A stretch of 34,495 nucleotides of DNA, taken from Octopus bimaculoides (taxonomy: Eukaryota). Both the position numbers and the translations under genes were made by a program. The stretch lies in the NCBI RefSeq assembly GCF_001194135.2, contig NC_068988.1, positions 95,439,721-95,474,215 of the forward strand, given 5' to 3'. Shown here piece after piece: positions 12,809 to 24,002 of this stretch (position 1 is its first letter; each line of letters starts with the position of its first letter). The notes under the pieces were generated by a model that was not told the origin of the DNA, did not search any database, and saw only the letters and a list, made by a program, of their open reading frames with translations.

Positions 12809-12864
12809 CTGATGATGAGATGCCGGAGCTGACTTCAGTCCCGGTATCCGAAACTGTCATTCTG
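12809..12864 (+). ncRNA. Second hammerhead-like core, inverted relative to the first
   Basis: CTGATGA-T-GA-GATGCCGG...CCGGTATC-C-GAAAC-T-GTC: canonical core and an 8-bp helix II, but no helix I partner on this strand. Confidence 0.4.
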
Positions 12865-14597
12865 TTTTTCTAATCCCTGTAAAAGAACTCGGAATGTTGG
12901 GCCTCCAGCAAGTCCTTTCGTGATACCCTTAAAGCCAAGACCTTTTCAGCGTCCTCTTGTGTATGTATTATATATGCAAATATATATATATATGCAAATG
13001 AGATACATACACACACTTGTATATGTATACGCACACACATGTGCCTATACCAAGACAAAATTGAATATTTAGCAAATGCACCCATTTAAAAAGAAATAAG
13101 GACCAAATATAGTTTTACAATTTCAGTAAGTAATCCAGATAAGAAGGAAATTTCCATAAGTATAGAAGTTAGAAGACAGAGAGAATCTTGGCGAACTAAG
13201 GACATATTTGTAATTATTTGGAATATTTGTGGGTTCGGCAAATTAAAATGTATTTGATTTCGGTAAAAGTTACTGGAAATCCCATTGTGATTGTGATTTT
13301 TCTTTTGAACTAAGTTGATCAATGCCATTTGTCTGGATTAATGCCGAGAATGAGGAACAAAATGTGTGCAGAAGTGAAATTGTTCTGAAGAGCTTCTACT
13401 GACAGCAATTGTCAGAAGGTCTAACAGTAACGAGCAGCGAAGTATCGCTGCCGCCATCATCATTATTATTATAAGATTTCGCTGATACCAAGGGAGGATA
13501 GCACCGGTAAGTATCCATTAGTGATAAATTTAGAGTGATGACCCACATTGATGAGGTACTGACATTTCTATGCAGCGTTGGTGCCACAGCTAGGTGAAAT
13601 GTCCTCTCAAACACAGATCGACACCGCCTAATGAAATGCATATCGAATTATGCCAGCTGAAGACAAACTAGTCCCGACACGATAATTCCAGCAGTCATTA
13701 TCACACTAGAATCATTGGCGCCAACTTGCGATGGTCATTCCACCTAACTGCTTCAAACGGTAAGCAAATAATGCTGTCTGTAGTTAGTCTTATAAGCCAC
13801 AAATTGACTATGTATCGTGTTGGCAAGTTGGAGGAATGCGGTGGGGGTGTTTGAAGAAGGAGGGAATAGGCTGAAGACAGAGAAACGAAGAGAGTTGAAA
13901 GCGGGGAAGGAGAGTTGTTGTTGTTTGTGAGGAATATTATGGACAGAGAAGAAATAAATAAATAAATAAATAATATTCCAATTTCTATGATGATTATCGA
14001 CATATTTTAATTTTTTAGATTATATCTTGTTATAATTAGAAGAAATCGATTTCGAAAGTAATATTTTCCACTAATCGAACGACATAGATATCAGTGGTAC
14101 ATAGCTGAATGCGTGCGCATCTATGTAAGTGTATTTTCGTATTTGGCACACAATCTTACAGACATACTTTTATGTATACATACTTACGTACGTACGTATG
14201 TAGGTATGTATATATAAATGTATTTCGTATGTGTATGCATATATGTGTGTATGCTTATACATACATACATACATAGTATACATGTGTGTGCGCATGTATT
14301 TAAATGTGTGTGTATTATATGTATGTATATATGTATGTCTATATCCATGTATATGCTCTCAATCGTACAAATTTACACTCACACTCACACACACCGAGCC
14401 ATAAACCTTCTGATGTACTCGTATGTCGGCCGGTTCGATAACGTTTCTACCTGGCGTCAGAAATTTCTCTGTTTCGTATTCTTCCAACAGCAGTGTCAAT
14501 AACCAACTCTACTAAATATGTAGTAAATCGGAGCTACGAACGCACAAGGCGTTTTTAATTTAGAGTGTCAAGTCCTCGTTGTTATGGTTTATTTGCT

Positions 14598-14690
14598 GGA
14601 CCGGATCGTGCGCTGTGTCCTTGAGCAAGGCACTTGACTTCAGGTTACTTAAGTCTACACAAACTGAAAATGAGCGCAGCAGAGTTTCGG
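14598..14690 (+). mobile_element. Degenerate CORE-like SINE fragment
   Basis: TGTGTCCTTGAGCAAGGCACTT...CTGAAAATGAG, similar to 18909-19000. Confidence 0.6.
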
Positions 14691-14935
14691 TGCAGCCCTG
14701 CTTCCATCCACTCGTCACATCCTGGATGTTCTGCTGGGATAACGGTGGAAGGGCTTAAAAATTGTTAGGTTTGTTCTCGACTACATAATCATTTAAACCA
14801 ATTAGTAAAAGCTTCGAGATCTTCTGATCCCAAAAAGCATTATTTCACTTTCTCACGAAGTTTATATGTATGAATATATGTATATTCAATCACACACATG
14901 CGCACAAACACACATACACACATATATTTGCAGTA

Positions 14936-15007
14936 GTGGCTGTGTGGTAAGAAGCTTGCTTCCCAATCACATGGTTCCAGGTTCAGTCCCACTGCGTGGC
15001 TCCTGGA
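14936..15007 (+). mobile_element. SINE family B head fragment
   Basis: GTGGCTGTGTGGTAAGAAGCTTGCTTCCCAATCACATGGTTCCAGGTTCAGTCCCACTGC. Confidence 0.88.
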
Positions 15008-15060
15008 CTAATTTAGTTGTATCTCATTAATAAACACACCTCATTTAGTATTATTATTTT

Positions 15061-15173
15061 TTGCCTTTCATCATTTCGGGGTCGATAAAATAAGTACCAG
15101 TTGAACACTGGGGTCGATGTAATAGATTCATCCCCGCTTCCCCCAAGCTGTCCTTGTGGCAAAATTTGAAACC
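15061..15173 (+). mobile_element. SINE family A 3' half with a variant tail
   Basis: TTGCCTTTCATCATTTCGGGGTCGATAAAATAAGTACCAG...; ends TCCTTGTGGCAAAATTTGAAACC instead of GCCTTGTGCCTAGAGTAGAAA. Confidence 0.85.
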
Positions 15174-15191
15174 GTTATTTTGTTTAATCAA

Positions 15192-15325
15192 GGCAGCGAG
15201 CAGGCAGAAACGTTAGGACGGTGGGCGAAATGCTTAGATGTATTTCATCTGTCTTTACGTTCTGAGTTCAAATTCCGCTCCGTCACACTCCCCAAAATTC
15301 AAGCCTTGTGCCTACAGTAGAAAGG
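15192..15325 (+). mobile_element. SINE family A with an internal deletion
   Basis: Head to GAGTTCAAATTCCGC is joined almost directly to the tail CCCCAAAATTCAAGCCTTGTGCC. Confidence 0.85.
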
Positions 15326-15544
15326 ATTATTTTATTGTTTAACCGATAGACTTACATCCAACACACGGAATGTAGTCCATATTTTAGCACACACACACAC
15401 ACACACACGCTCACACATAAATATATATATAAATATGTATATATGTAGTAATGTATGTATTACGTATCTGTGTATATTGAATATGTGTGTGTATCTATTT
15501 TCATAAATATTATATAAATGTATACATATGTATATATATGCGGA

Positions 15545-15867
15545 GATCCCCTTCGGTCATGACTGACCATTGGATTGCAACTAGGAAGTTACCCTCCTAG
15601 GCACAAATCGGGGCAAGGTTGTTTATGGAAGACCAGCAGTCGCCCATGCATACCGGTCTCCCTTCTCCACGCCACCAGTGTTGTCCAGGGGAAAGGCAAA
15701 GGGGCCGATACAGCTTGGCACCTGTGACGTCGCAACTCATTTCTACAGCTGAGTGAACTGGAGCAACTTGAAATAAAGTGTCTTGCTCAAGAACGCAACC
15801 CGGACCGGGATTCGAACTCACAACCTCAGGGTCGTAAGCTCGACGCTCTAACCATTGAGCCATGCGT

Positions 15868-15868
<1 letters not shown>
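15545..15868 (-). mobile_element. tRNA-derived CORE-type SINE, 'family D', near full length
   Basis: Minus strand: A-box TGGCTCAATGG, B-box GTTCGAATCC, then CTTGAGCAAGACACTTT...CCAGTTCACTCAGCTGTAGAAATGAG resembling the CORE domain. Flanked by (TA)n. tRNA-derived octopus SINEs (OK, OR1, OR2) are established; I cannot assign this copy to one of them. Confidence 0.9.
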
Positions 15869-15906
<38 letters not shown>

Positions 15907-16041
15907 NNNNNNNNNNNNNNNNNNNNNNNNNNNNNNNNNNNNNNNNNNNNNNNNNNNNNNNNNNNNNNNNNNNNNNNNNNNNNNNNNNNNNNNNNNNNNN
16001 NNNNNNNNNNNNNNNNNNNNNNNNNNNNNNNNNNNNNNNNN

Positions 16042-16084
<43 letters not shown>

Positions 16085-16525
16085 GTGCACACACACTATA
16101 CAATATACTGTATGTATATTGTTTTCTATATCTTCCTCTTTTATTTAAACACACTGGTCAAAGCGACGTCACCAATTCTGTGATGAACCAACATCAATTT
16201 CACTGCTCAATAATCGTCTACAATACATACATAAATACACGCTTACATATATACATGCGCGTGTGTGTGTGTGTGTGTGTGTGCGCGTGCGTGCGTGTGT
16301 GTCTGTACTTATATGCATATATGTGTATATATTTACACATATCTATAAGCAAATAAATTAATATACATATATATCAAGATATATATATATATATATATAT
16401 ACGTATAGGTGTGCATGTGCATATATATATATGTGTGTGTGTGTGTTGGTGTGTGTATGCAATTATGTTTACACACATATCTATAAGGATTTATATACCA
16501 TACATATGTATATGTGTATACCTAT

Positions 16526-16526
<1 letters not shown>

Positions 16527-16590
<64 letters not shown>
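16527..16590. repeat. Long (CA)n microsatellite
   Basis: Read directly. Confidence 0.95.
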
Positions 16591-16594
<4 letters not shown>

Positions 16595-16978
16595 TGTGTG
16601 TGTATGTATATATATATATATACGCACACATTTACGAGAGATAAGTAGAAAAAGAAGAGGGAGCCATCAATATTATTAGCGAAGTTCAATGCCAGAGGGG
16701 AAAGACGATTGGTGTTTGTGATTCTATCGGTTATTGGAAAAAGCCTATCTCTTCCGCTGAGGCTAATTTCCTCCAGGTAGGTGAAATGTTGTAATATTCA
16801 ACATTAATTACACATCTTCTGCTGATAGCGTAATATTCCTCCACCTTACAATCACCGTCTCTCTCTCTCTCTCTCTCCACAATTTCTCTCTCCCTCCCTC
16901 TCTCTCTCTCTCTTTCTCCACAATTTCTCTTTCCCTCTCTCTCTCTCTCTCTCTTCCTCTACTCTGGTNNNNNNNNNN

Positions 16979-17010
<32 letters not shown>

Positions 17011-17278
17011 TCTACTCTGGTTCTTTCTATCTCGTATTTATCTCTTCCTATCTTACTCTGGCTTCCCGATCTCCCCCATACCCCTCTCTTGTTCCCTGCC
17101 GCACACACATACGTATATATATATGTGTGTGAGTGTTTGTGTATGAATATATTATATATTTTATGTCTATGTATATTTTCGTATGTGTGTGTCTTTGTGT
17201 GTGCGTGTATGTGTAACTCACTGTTTCTATATTCCTTATATATTTTCTTTATCACCGCATTCCTTGTTTCCCTCTCTC

Positions 17279-17310
<32 letters not shown>

Positions 17311-17470
17311 CCTCTCTCCAATGATCGCTCATACACTCTCTTCTTAACCTCAACTTTTATTCTCTAACCGATCGACTTGTAACAACTGCTGCGAATCACT
17401 TTTACACATAAAAAAAAAATGGTCGGAAGTAAATATATTTTGTTGTAACAGAAACAAAACATACATACGG

Positions 17471-17502
<32 letters not shown>

Positions 17503-18033
17503 ACGCACACGCACACGCACACACACAAACACACACTCTCCCATACACACACAATCAACAAACAACCAAACAATCAAACAATCCTTTGATATTATCAATG
17601 AAAGTTTGTTGTATTTCTTCACTTTCTACAATTGTTTCTGTAGATTTATGAGATTTATGGTATTCTATGATTCCTGTTAATTTTCCGACATTATTTGGCG
17701 TTGCCTTTCAAATTCTTTGCGTTTGTTTTTATTTTGTTTTTTTGTGTTGTTTTGTTTTGGGATGTGTGCTTTTTGTAATTTGCTAGGAATTATCTTGCAT
17801 ATTTATTGCAAAATTAGGACGGAATATAATGGAAAATCGCTATCAAAACTTCGGATTAATTTGAGCAGAGAATATGATATCTACCAATGTGATATTTGCC
17901 ATGAGGTTTTCTGGTCTTATTGTTTTCACATTTCTGTCGATCGGTGTCACGTGTTTTACCTTGTAGTTAACCCTTAGAAAACTGAATTGGTTCCTTCAAA
18001 CCAATGAATGGATCTGAAAATCCTGGTTGTACG

Positions 18034-18310
18034 AAACAGTGTACAATCATAGACTTAGCAATACCATATGATAGCAGAGTAGATATCGACGAAATGGAGG
18101 AATCTGTGTCTATCAGGATCTAGCAAGATAGAGGAAGAGATTGCGGAAGACAAAGGGGACGATTGTTCCCGTCGTAATGGATGCACATGGCAAAACACTC
18201 AAAATGCTGTCTATGAGGCTGAAGAATGTTGGAATTGAGACACACATTGTCCACCGGCAGAAAAGTGCTTTCGAGTAATTTACAAGAATCCTAAGATTTG
18301 TTACCAAACT
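18034..18310 (+). mobile_element. R4/Dong-type LINE C-terminal restriction-like endonuclease relic
   Basis: With frameshifts and a stop: KQCTIIDLAIPYDSRVD / YQDLAR*RKRLRKTKGTIVPVVMDAHGK...VGIETHIVHRQKSA / TRILRFV. This follows the IIDxAxP, YQDL, IVPVV, LQKSA and RILR pattern of RLE-type LINE ends. Confidence 0.8.
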
Positions 18311-18908
18311 TCAGAATAACATCCTTGGTTATTAAATCAACATCTAACAGTTTAAATTATAAGAACTCCATGTGTTTTGAGAGGATTGTTTTTAACTGAG
18401 TCATGTTTTAAGTAGAAGCATATAATGTGAAATTTCTTCCTTTTCTCTGGCTTAGATTAAATACAGATGGTGTGAAGTTACATCGCACACGATACCAAGA
18501 CTATAATCTGACCTCCATGGATCTAATCTCGGCCTCAGTTTCAACACACTGGAAGTTTATTTTGCTTTATAATGTTTCACTACAATATTTGTTTGTTCTC
18601 AACTTATCATCAGAACAAACGCTAGTAGGCGTGTGATATAGCGGGGATTGAACTAACGCCAGTATTTTAATTTACTCATATCATACACCTTCTATATTAT
18701 ATTTTACATTGTGAAGGGAGAACAGAAAAAATAATATTTTACGTAACTGTAGACGTAAAGAGGGATGTAGATTTAACAATTGCATAATAAAGAATGTAGT
18801 TTAAAAATGTGAGGTGAAGGCAGGTATGCAGCAATATATGTGCATTGGTAGCATCAGAAACACCATGAAACACCCGTTAGGCCATTGTTATATTACATTA
18901 TGTTATAT

Positions 18909-19171
18909 CAATTCCCGGTGACGCGTTGTGTCCTTGAGCAAGACACTTTATTTCACGTTTCTCCAGTCCACTCAGGTGGCAAAATTGAGTAGTACCTGTA
19001 TTTCAAAGGGCCAGCCTTGTCATACTATGTGTTACGCTGAATATCCCTGAGAACCACGTTAGGGGTACACGTGTCTGTGGCGTGCTCAGCCACTTGCACG
19101 TTAATTTCACGAGCAAGCTGTTCCATTGATCGGATCAGCTGGGACCTTCATCGTCGTAACCGACGGAGTGC
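18909..19171 (+). mobile_element. CORE-like SINE with 'family C' tail, head truncated
   Basis: TGTGTCCTTGAGCAAGACACTTT, then tail 18992-19171 matching the reverse complement of 32010-32190. Confidence 0.88.
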
Positions 19172-19205
19172 TTCTTATATTTTACATTATAATGCCATAC
19201 ATAAA

Positions 19206-19420
19206 GGCGGCGAGCTGGCAGAAACGTTAGCACGCCGGGCGAAATGCTTAGCGGTATTTCGTCTGCCGCTACGTTCTGAGTTCAAATTCCCCCGGGGTCG
19301 ACTTTGCCTTTCATCTCTTCGGGTTCGATAAATTAAGTACCAGTTACGCACTGGAGTCGATCTAATCGACTGGCCCCCGCTCCCCTAAAATTTCGGGCCT
19401 TGTGCCTAGAGTAGAAAAGA
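19206..19420 (+). mobile_element. SINE family A, least-diverged copy
   Basis: A-box TGGCAGAAACG, B-box GAGTTCAAATTC, central domain and tail GGCCTTGTGCCTAGAGTAGAAA; used as my reference copy. Confidence 0.93.
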
Positions 19421-19590
19421 AAATAAATAATTACGCTATAGTTGATAAATCCATTAAAGGGAGTCTGTCATTAAGGTTTAGTTGAGACAAAATTCGTTGA
19501 TTTCTTTCAAAGAATGAGGAAGACGTATTTAATGTTGGGACATTCGAGCTTTGTGTTATATGTTAAATGAAGTGAAATATTTACTGACTT

Positions 19591-19962
19591 GAATCGAAGC
19601 TAAATTTGCTCGGTGAACATACATGTGCATTAATAATTGAACAGCAAATGAACAAAATTAAAGAATTCAAAGAAAGGTGTGAGATATGTAAAGTGAACTA
19701 TGACATGACTAGATTGCCAAAATCTATAGATTATGAGGAACTAAAAATATACATTGGACTGGACATAGTGGAATACAGAAGTAAAAGCAAGGAAGTGATG
19801 TTACTTGGTGGGGCAAGTAACATCATTTCCATTACTCGTTTTTATTTTTTTTTTCCTTATTTATTTTTTTTCATTTGTTCTATGTCGCCAAATGTATTGT
19901 GTTGTCTCCTCTTTGTTGGTCCGTATGAACAATAAAAAATACAGAATCGAAGCTAAATTTGC
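19591..19962 (+). mobile_element. 334-bp retroposed insert flanked by 19-bp direct repeats (putative TSD)
   Basis: GAATCGAAGCTAAATTTGC is exact at 19591-19609 and 19944-19962. The insert ends AATAAAAAATACA and has a 17-bp stem-loop at 19791-19830 followed by a T-rich tract. Confidence 0.65.
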
Positions 19963-21189
19963 GGGTTTAGACCTACCCGGCGTTTACTTCGACCTAATAC
20001 AATGCCAACATCAAATGTAAATATTGTCTTTATTTCTGATTCAACAGAAATATTAAGTTGTTGCTGTTTAGCACAGCTCTGATTTCTAGACCTGTGGTTG
20101 AATACGTTCCAATCATGCCCTCCCACTATTTTTCCTAAAGGCAATGCACATCATCGAATGTGTACTTTACTTCTGTAAGCCTTTCGAGTAGAATTTGAAG
20201 ATTTCACTGCTGTTTCTTGGAGGTCGATTGAGTTTGTAGAGGCTCTCTTGCTGGCAGCTCTATTAAGAAGCAGAAAAATGAAATTGGGACAATGATTTCT
20301 TTCACAGGGAAATTACTGGTGTCTGTAAAGTGAAGTGCCTTTAATTGGAAACTTCGTCGAAGCTTTAGCTTATCGCATGTGCATCGGTTGCTCTTCAGAT
20401 CTTACTCTCCACTCACCCCTAACAATAGCTTCTAACATAAGCACAAGATCTGAAACGGGGAGAAGGAGTTATTAGATGCAGGTATCGACTGGACTTCTAA
20501 TGGGAATTTGCTGTTCTTTCATTGATATTCCTTCTATAATATTCGATAAAAAAAAGAAGAGAAAACTTGACGCAGAATGGGAGCAGGGGCTATTTTTTGT
20601 TTTGTTTCTATTTTGTTTTTTTCTTTTTGTTGTTTTTCTTTTTTGTTCTTGGTTTGATGAATATCAAGGCAAAAACTATGAAACGGTAAAATGTCACTCT
20701 GTCTTTCATCATATGAAATATCTTGTCTCTTTATTCGTTCAGAGTCGACTGGATTATCACACAACTGTTTCTTTAAAAAGCCAATCAAAGTCTGTCGTTT
20801 GTAGTTTAAGATTTAATCGCAGTAATAAACGCCGTCAAGTAGAACCAAAATCTTAATCAGTTCTATCAAGAACTTCACACCTGAGCTGGAACAATTTCTC
20901 ACTGATGCGTGACAATGGTAATTCTGTTGTTGTGGTCGTTTAACCCTACACTGACACCATCTGAACAGACTTATAATCAAAGATGCTCCAATAATGACCA
21001 CCTCGCTGTACTCTAGCATATATTATACCTAGGACCATGACATCCAATGTGAAAAATAAAACCTTTACTGGATTCATAATGAACTTTATTCCTATGAAAA
21101 GAACGCTGGTTTCCTGGATTTTGTGGTGTATATGTATTGCCCACCACGACCACCCACACGGACGGGACGCCGGTCCGGCGTGTGGTGAA

Positions 21190-21330
21190 ACTTTTTTGGC
21201 CAGTTGAGGAGATTGGAGTAACGTGGAATGGAATGTTTCTGCTCAAGAATACGATGCGTCCGGCGGTCCACGAATCGAAACCATAATCATACGATCACGT
21301 GTCCAACACCAGAACCACTTAGCCACGCGC
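21190..21330 (-). mobile_element. Degenerate tRNA/CORE-like SINE head
   Basis: Minus strand GCGCGTGGCTAAGTGG...GGTTTCGATTC...TTCTTGAGCAGAAACATT...CACGTTACTCCA. Confidence 0.7.
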
Positions 21331-21370
21331 ACCCCACCCCACCCAACACATGCACACACACGCACACGAA

Positions 21371-21528
21371 GGAGTGACTGTGTGGTAAGAAGCTGTGTGC
21401 TTCCCAACCACATGCTTCCGGGTTCAGTCCTACTGCATGGCACCTTGGACAAGTGTCTTCTACTGTAACTTCGGGCTGACCAAAGCCTTGAGTGGATTTG
21501 GTAGACGGAAACTGAAAGAAGCCCGTCG

Positions 21529-21563
<35 letters not shown>

Positions 21564-21800
21564 ATATGTATGTATGTAGGTATTTATTTGTGTGCCTGTG
21601 TTTGTTCCTGCTACCATCGCTTTACAACCGATGTTAGTGTGTTTACGTCCCCGTAACTTAGCGGTTCGGCAAAAGATGCCGGTAGAATAAGTACAAGGCT
21701 TACAAAGGATAAGTCCTGGGGTCGATTTCGATCGACTAAAGGTGGTGCTCCAGCTTGGACGCAGTCAAATGGCTGAAACCAAGTAAAAGAATAAAGAATA
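21371..21800 (+). mobile_element. SINE family B, full length, with an internal (TA)n(TG)n tract
   Basis: tRNA-like head; CCTTGGACAAGTGTCTT; GGATTTGGTAGACGGAAACTGAAAGAAGCCCGTCG; tail GCAGTCAAATGGCTGAAACCAAGTAAAAGAATA. Colinear with the reverse complement of 27526-27914. Confidence 0.92.
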
Positions 21801-22562
21801 CATACATACATATATANNNNNNNNNNNNNNNNNNNNNNNNNNNNNNNNNNNNNNNNNNNNNNNNNNNNNNNNNNNNNNNNNNNNNNNNNNNNNNNNNNNN
21901 NNNNNNNNNNNNNNNNNNNNNNNNNNNNTATATATATACATATGCGCATGTGTGTGTGTGTGTGTGTGTGTACGTAACTAACTATTTGAGTTTATCTTAG
22001 TGGACTACGAAAAGAAATATCATATATGAAAGAATTATAATTTTGGCCTTTCTTGTGTTGTTTAAATCAAAATACAGTTGATTTGAATATTTCTATTTAA
22101 GTGGCAAATAAAAGACAAAAATATGAAATGCCTACAGGATAGAAATGAGATAATAAAAAAAAAAGAGCAACAATGTACAGTAAATAAATTACGGAGGGGG
22201 TGGGGACTAGAGTCTCGTGCCGTTTCCGAATTGATATGTTAGAAAATCATTGAGAATAGACACTTCTTTCATAAAGCAATGAATATAAATTATCTGGAAT
22301 CGAATCCGAATTCTACACTCGTAGAATATATTTGAGGTTTGCGTTCGCTTTCAGACCAAATGCGTGAGACTTTGGACTTTCTTTCTCATACTTTTATTTC
22401 TTTGCGAGAAATCAGTTCGTATTAAATATTTCAATACCAACAACGTGATGCTTGTTTGACGTGGTTCGAATCAAGACAGGATTAATTTAATTTACAGTGG
22501 CAACAAGGTCTTCGATTTCACTTTATATGTTACATGGCAAATGTATGTAAAGTTTAATTACC

Positions 22563-22770
22563 TTTTATTGCTTTCAGTCATTAGACTGCGGACATGCTGG
22601 GGCAGGGCCTTGAACAATTTTTAGTCGAATGACTCCACCATTGTACTTATTTTTTTAAACCTTGTACCTATTTTACCGGTTTTTACGCCGAAGTGCCATG
22701 TTGCGTAAACGTAAACTCAACACCGGTTGTCAAGCGGAGGAGGGGGATAAACACAGAGACACACGCATAC
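22563..22770 (-). mobile_element. SINE family B 3' half, diverged
   Basis: TTTCAGTCATTAGACTGCGGACATGCTGG...CCGGTTGTCAAGCG matches the reverse complement of 21600-21790. Confidence 0.75.
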
Positions 22771-22772
22771 AT

Positions 22773-22840
<68 letters not shown>

Positions 22841-23128
22841 GTATTTGTGTAACATTTCTTCGTTTTTTTTTCCGTCCTTGTTTTCGTATATATTCGCTGC
22901 TTTCTTCCAAGGAATCTAATGCTCTTAGCTTAGTTTTTCCCTGACTAGATTGGAGCAATCTCGAGTATAACCAGCCGAAATTGCAAAGATAATCTGGAAC
23001 TCAATTGAGGATAGAAAACTCCGAATTACCCGTCCTTGTTTTCTTTGTATCGTCTGTCTGGATGTTTTGCGTTCTTGTCCCATTTTTGTATATATATATA
23101 TATATATATATTCCACTCGCTTCGAACC

Positions 23129-23683
23129 NNNNNNNNNNNNNNNNNNNNNNNNNNNNNNNNNNNNNNNNNNNNNNNNNNNNNNNNNNNNNNNNNNNNNNNN
23201 NNNNNNNNNNNNNNNNNNNNNNNNNNNNNNNNNNNNNNNNNNNNNNNNNNNNNNNNNNNNNNNNNNNNNNNNNNNNNNNNNNNNNNNNNNNNNNNNNNNN
23301 NNNNNNNNNNNNNNNNNNNNNNNNNNNNNNNNNNNNNNNNNNNNNNNNNNNNNNNNNNNNNNNNNNNNNNNNNNNNNNNNNNNNNNNNNNNNNNNNNNNN
23401 NNNNNNNNNNNNNNNNNNNNNNNNNNNNNNNNNNNNNNNNNNNNNNNNNNNNNNNNNNNNNNNNNNNNNNNNNNNNNNNNNNNNNNNNNNNNNNNNNNNN
23501 NNNNNNNNNNNNNNNNNNNNNNNNNNNNNNNNNNNNNNNNNNNNNNNNNNNNNNNNNNNNNNNNNNNNNNNNNNNNNNNNNNNNNNNNNNNNNNNNNNNN
23601 NNNNNNNNNNNNNNNNNNNNNNNNNNNNNNNNNNNNNNNNNNNNNNNNNNNNNNNNNNNNNNNNNNNNNNNNNNNNNNNNNNN
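23129..23683. other. Assembly gap
   Basis: N run. Smaller gaps occur near 240, 2980, 4350, 15970, 16975, 21870, 24325 and 27990. Confidence 1.
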
Positions 23684-23914
23684 TGTGGTATTTGAATTAA
23701 TCAATTTAAGTTGTTAGTTCAAATCTTTACGCGTGTCTCTCGCCAACGATCAAAATGAAAGACCAAGCAACTACTAAACCTCGTTTTCGAGAAGTTATGG
23801 CGTTCGGCGTTCTGCCTGTTGGAAAATATTTGCTTTTCACTGACATTGCACTTCCTTTTATTGTTTCAGTCCACTTCAGTTATTTTACATAGAACATGTA
23901 ACGCTACATGCGTG

Positions 23915-23968
<54 letters not shown>

Positions 23969-24002
23969 TTCTTTTATCAAAGCTATGTATTTATAGTTCC
24001 AC

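Noticed and set aside
13472-13512. Possible 31-nt micro-exon ending in G|GTAAGT
   Set aside because: The acceptor has no polypyrimidine tract and nothing else supports it.
15795-15868. tRNA gene
   Set aside because: A and B boxes are present, but the acceptor stem is incomplete and the sequence continues into a SINE body; it is a SINE head.
16946-17002. Direct repeat TTCCTCTACTCTGGT on both sides of a 10-N gap
   Set aside because: Most likely overlapping contig ends (assembly artefact).
22925-23090. Repeat-looking segment before a gap
   Set aside because: Only one copy in the window and no diagnostic motif, so I cannot classify it.
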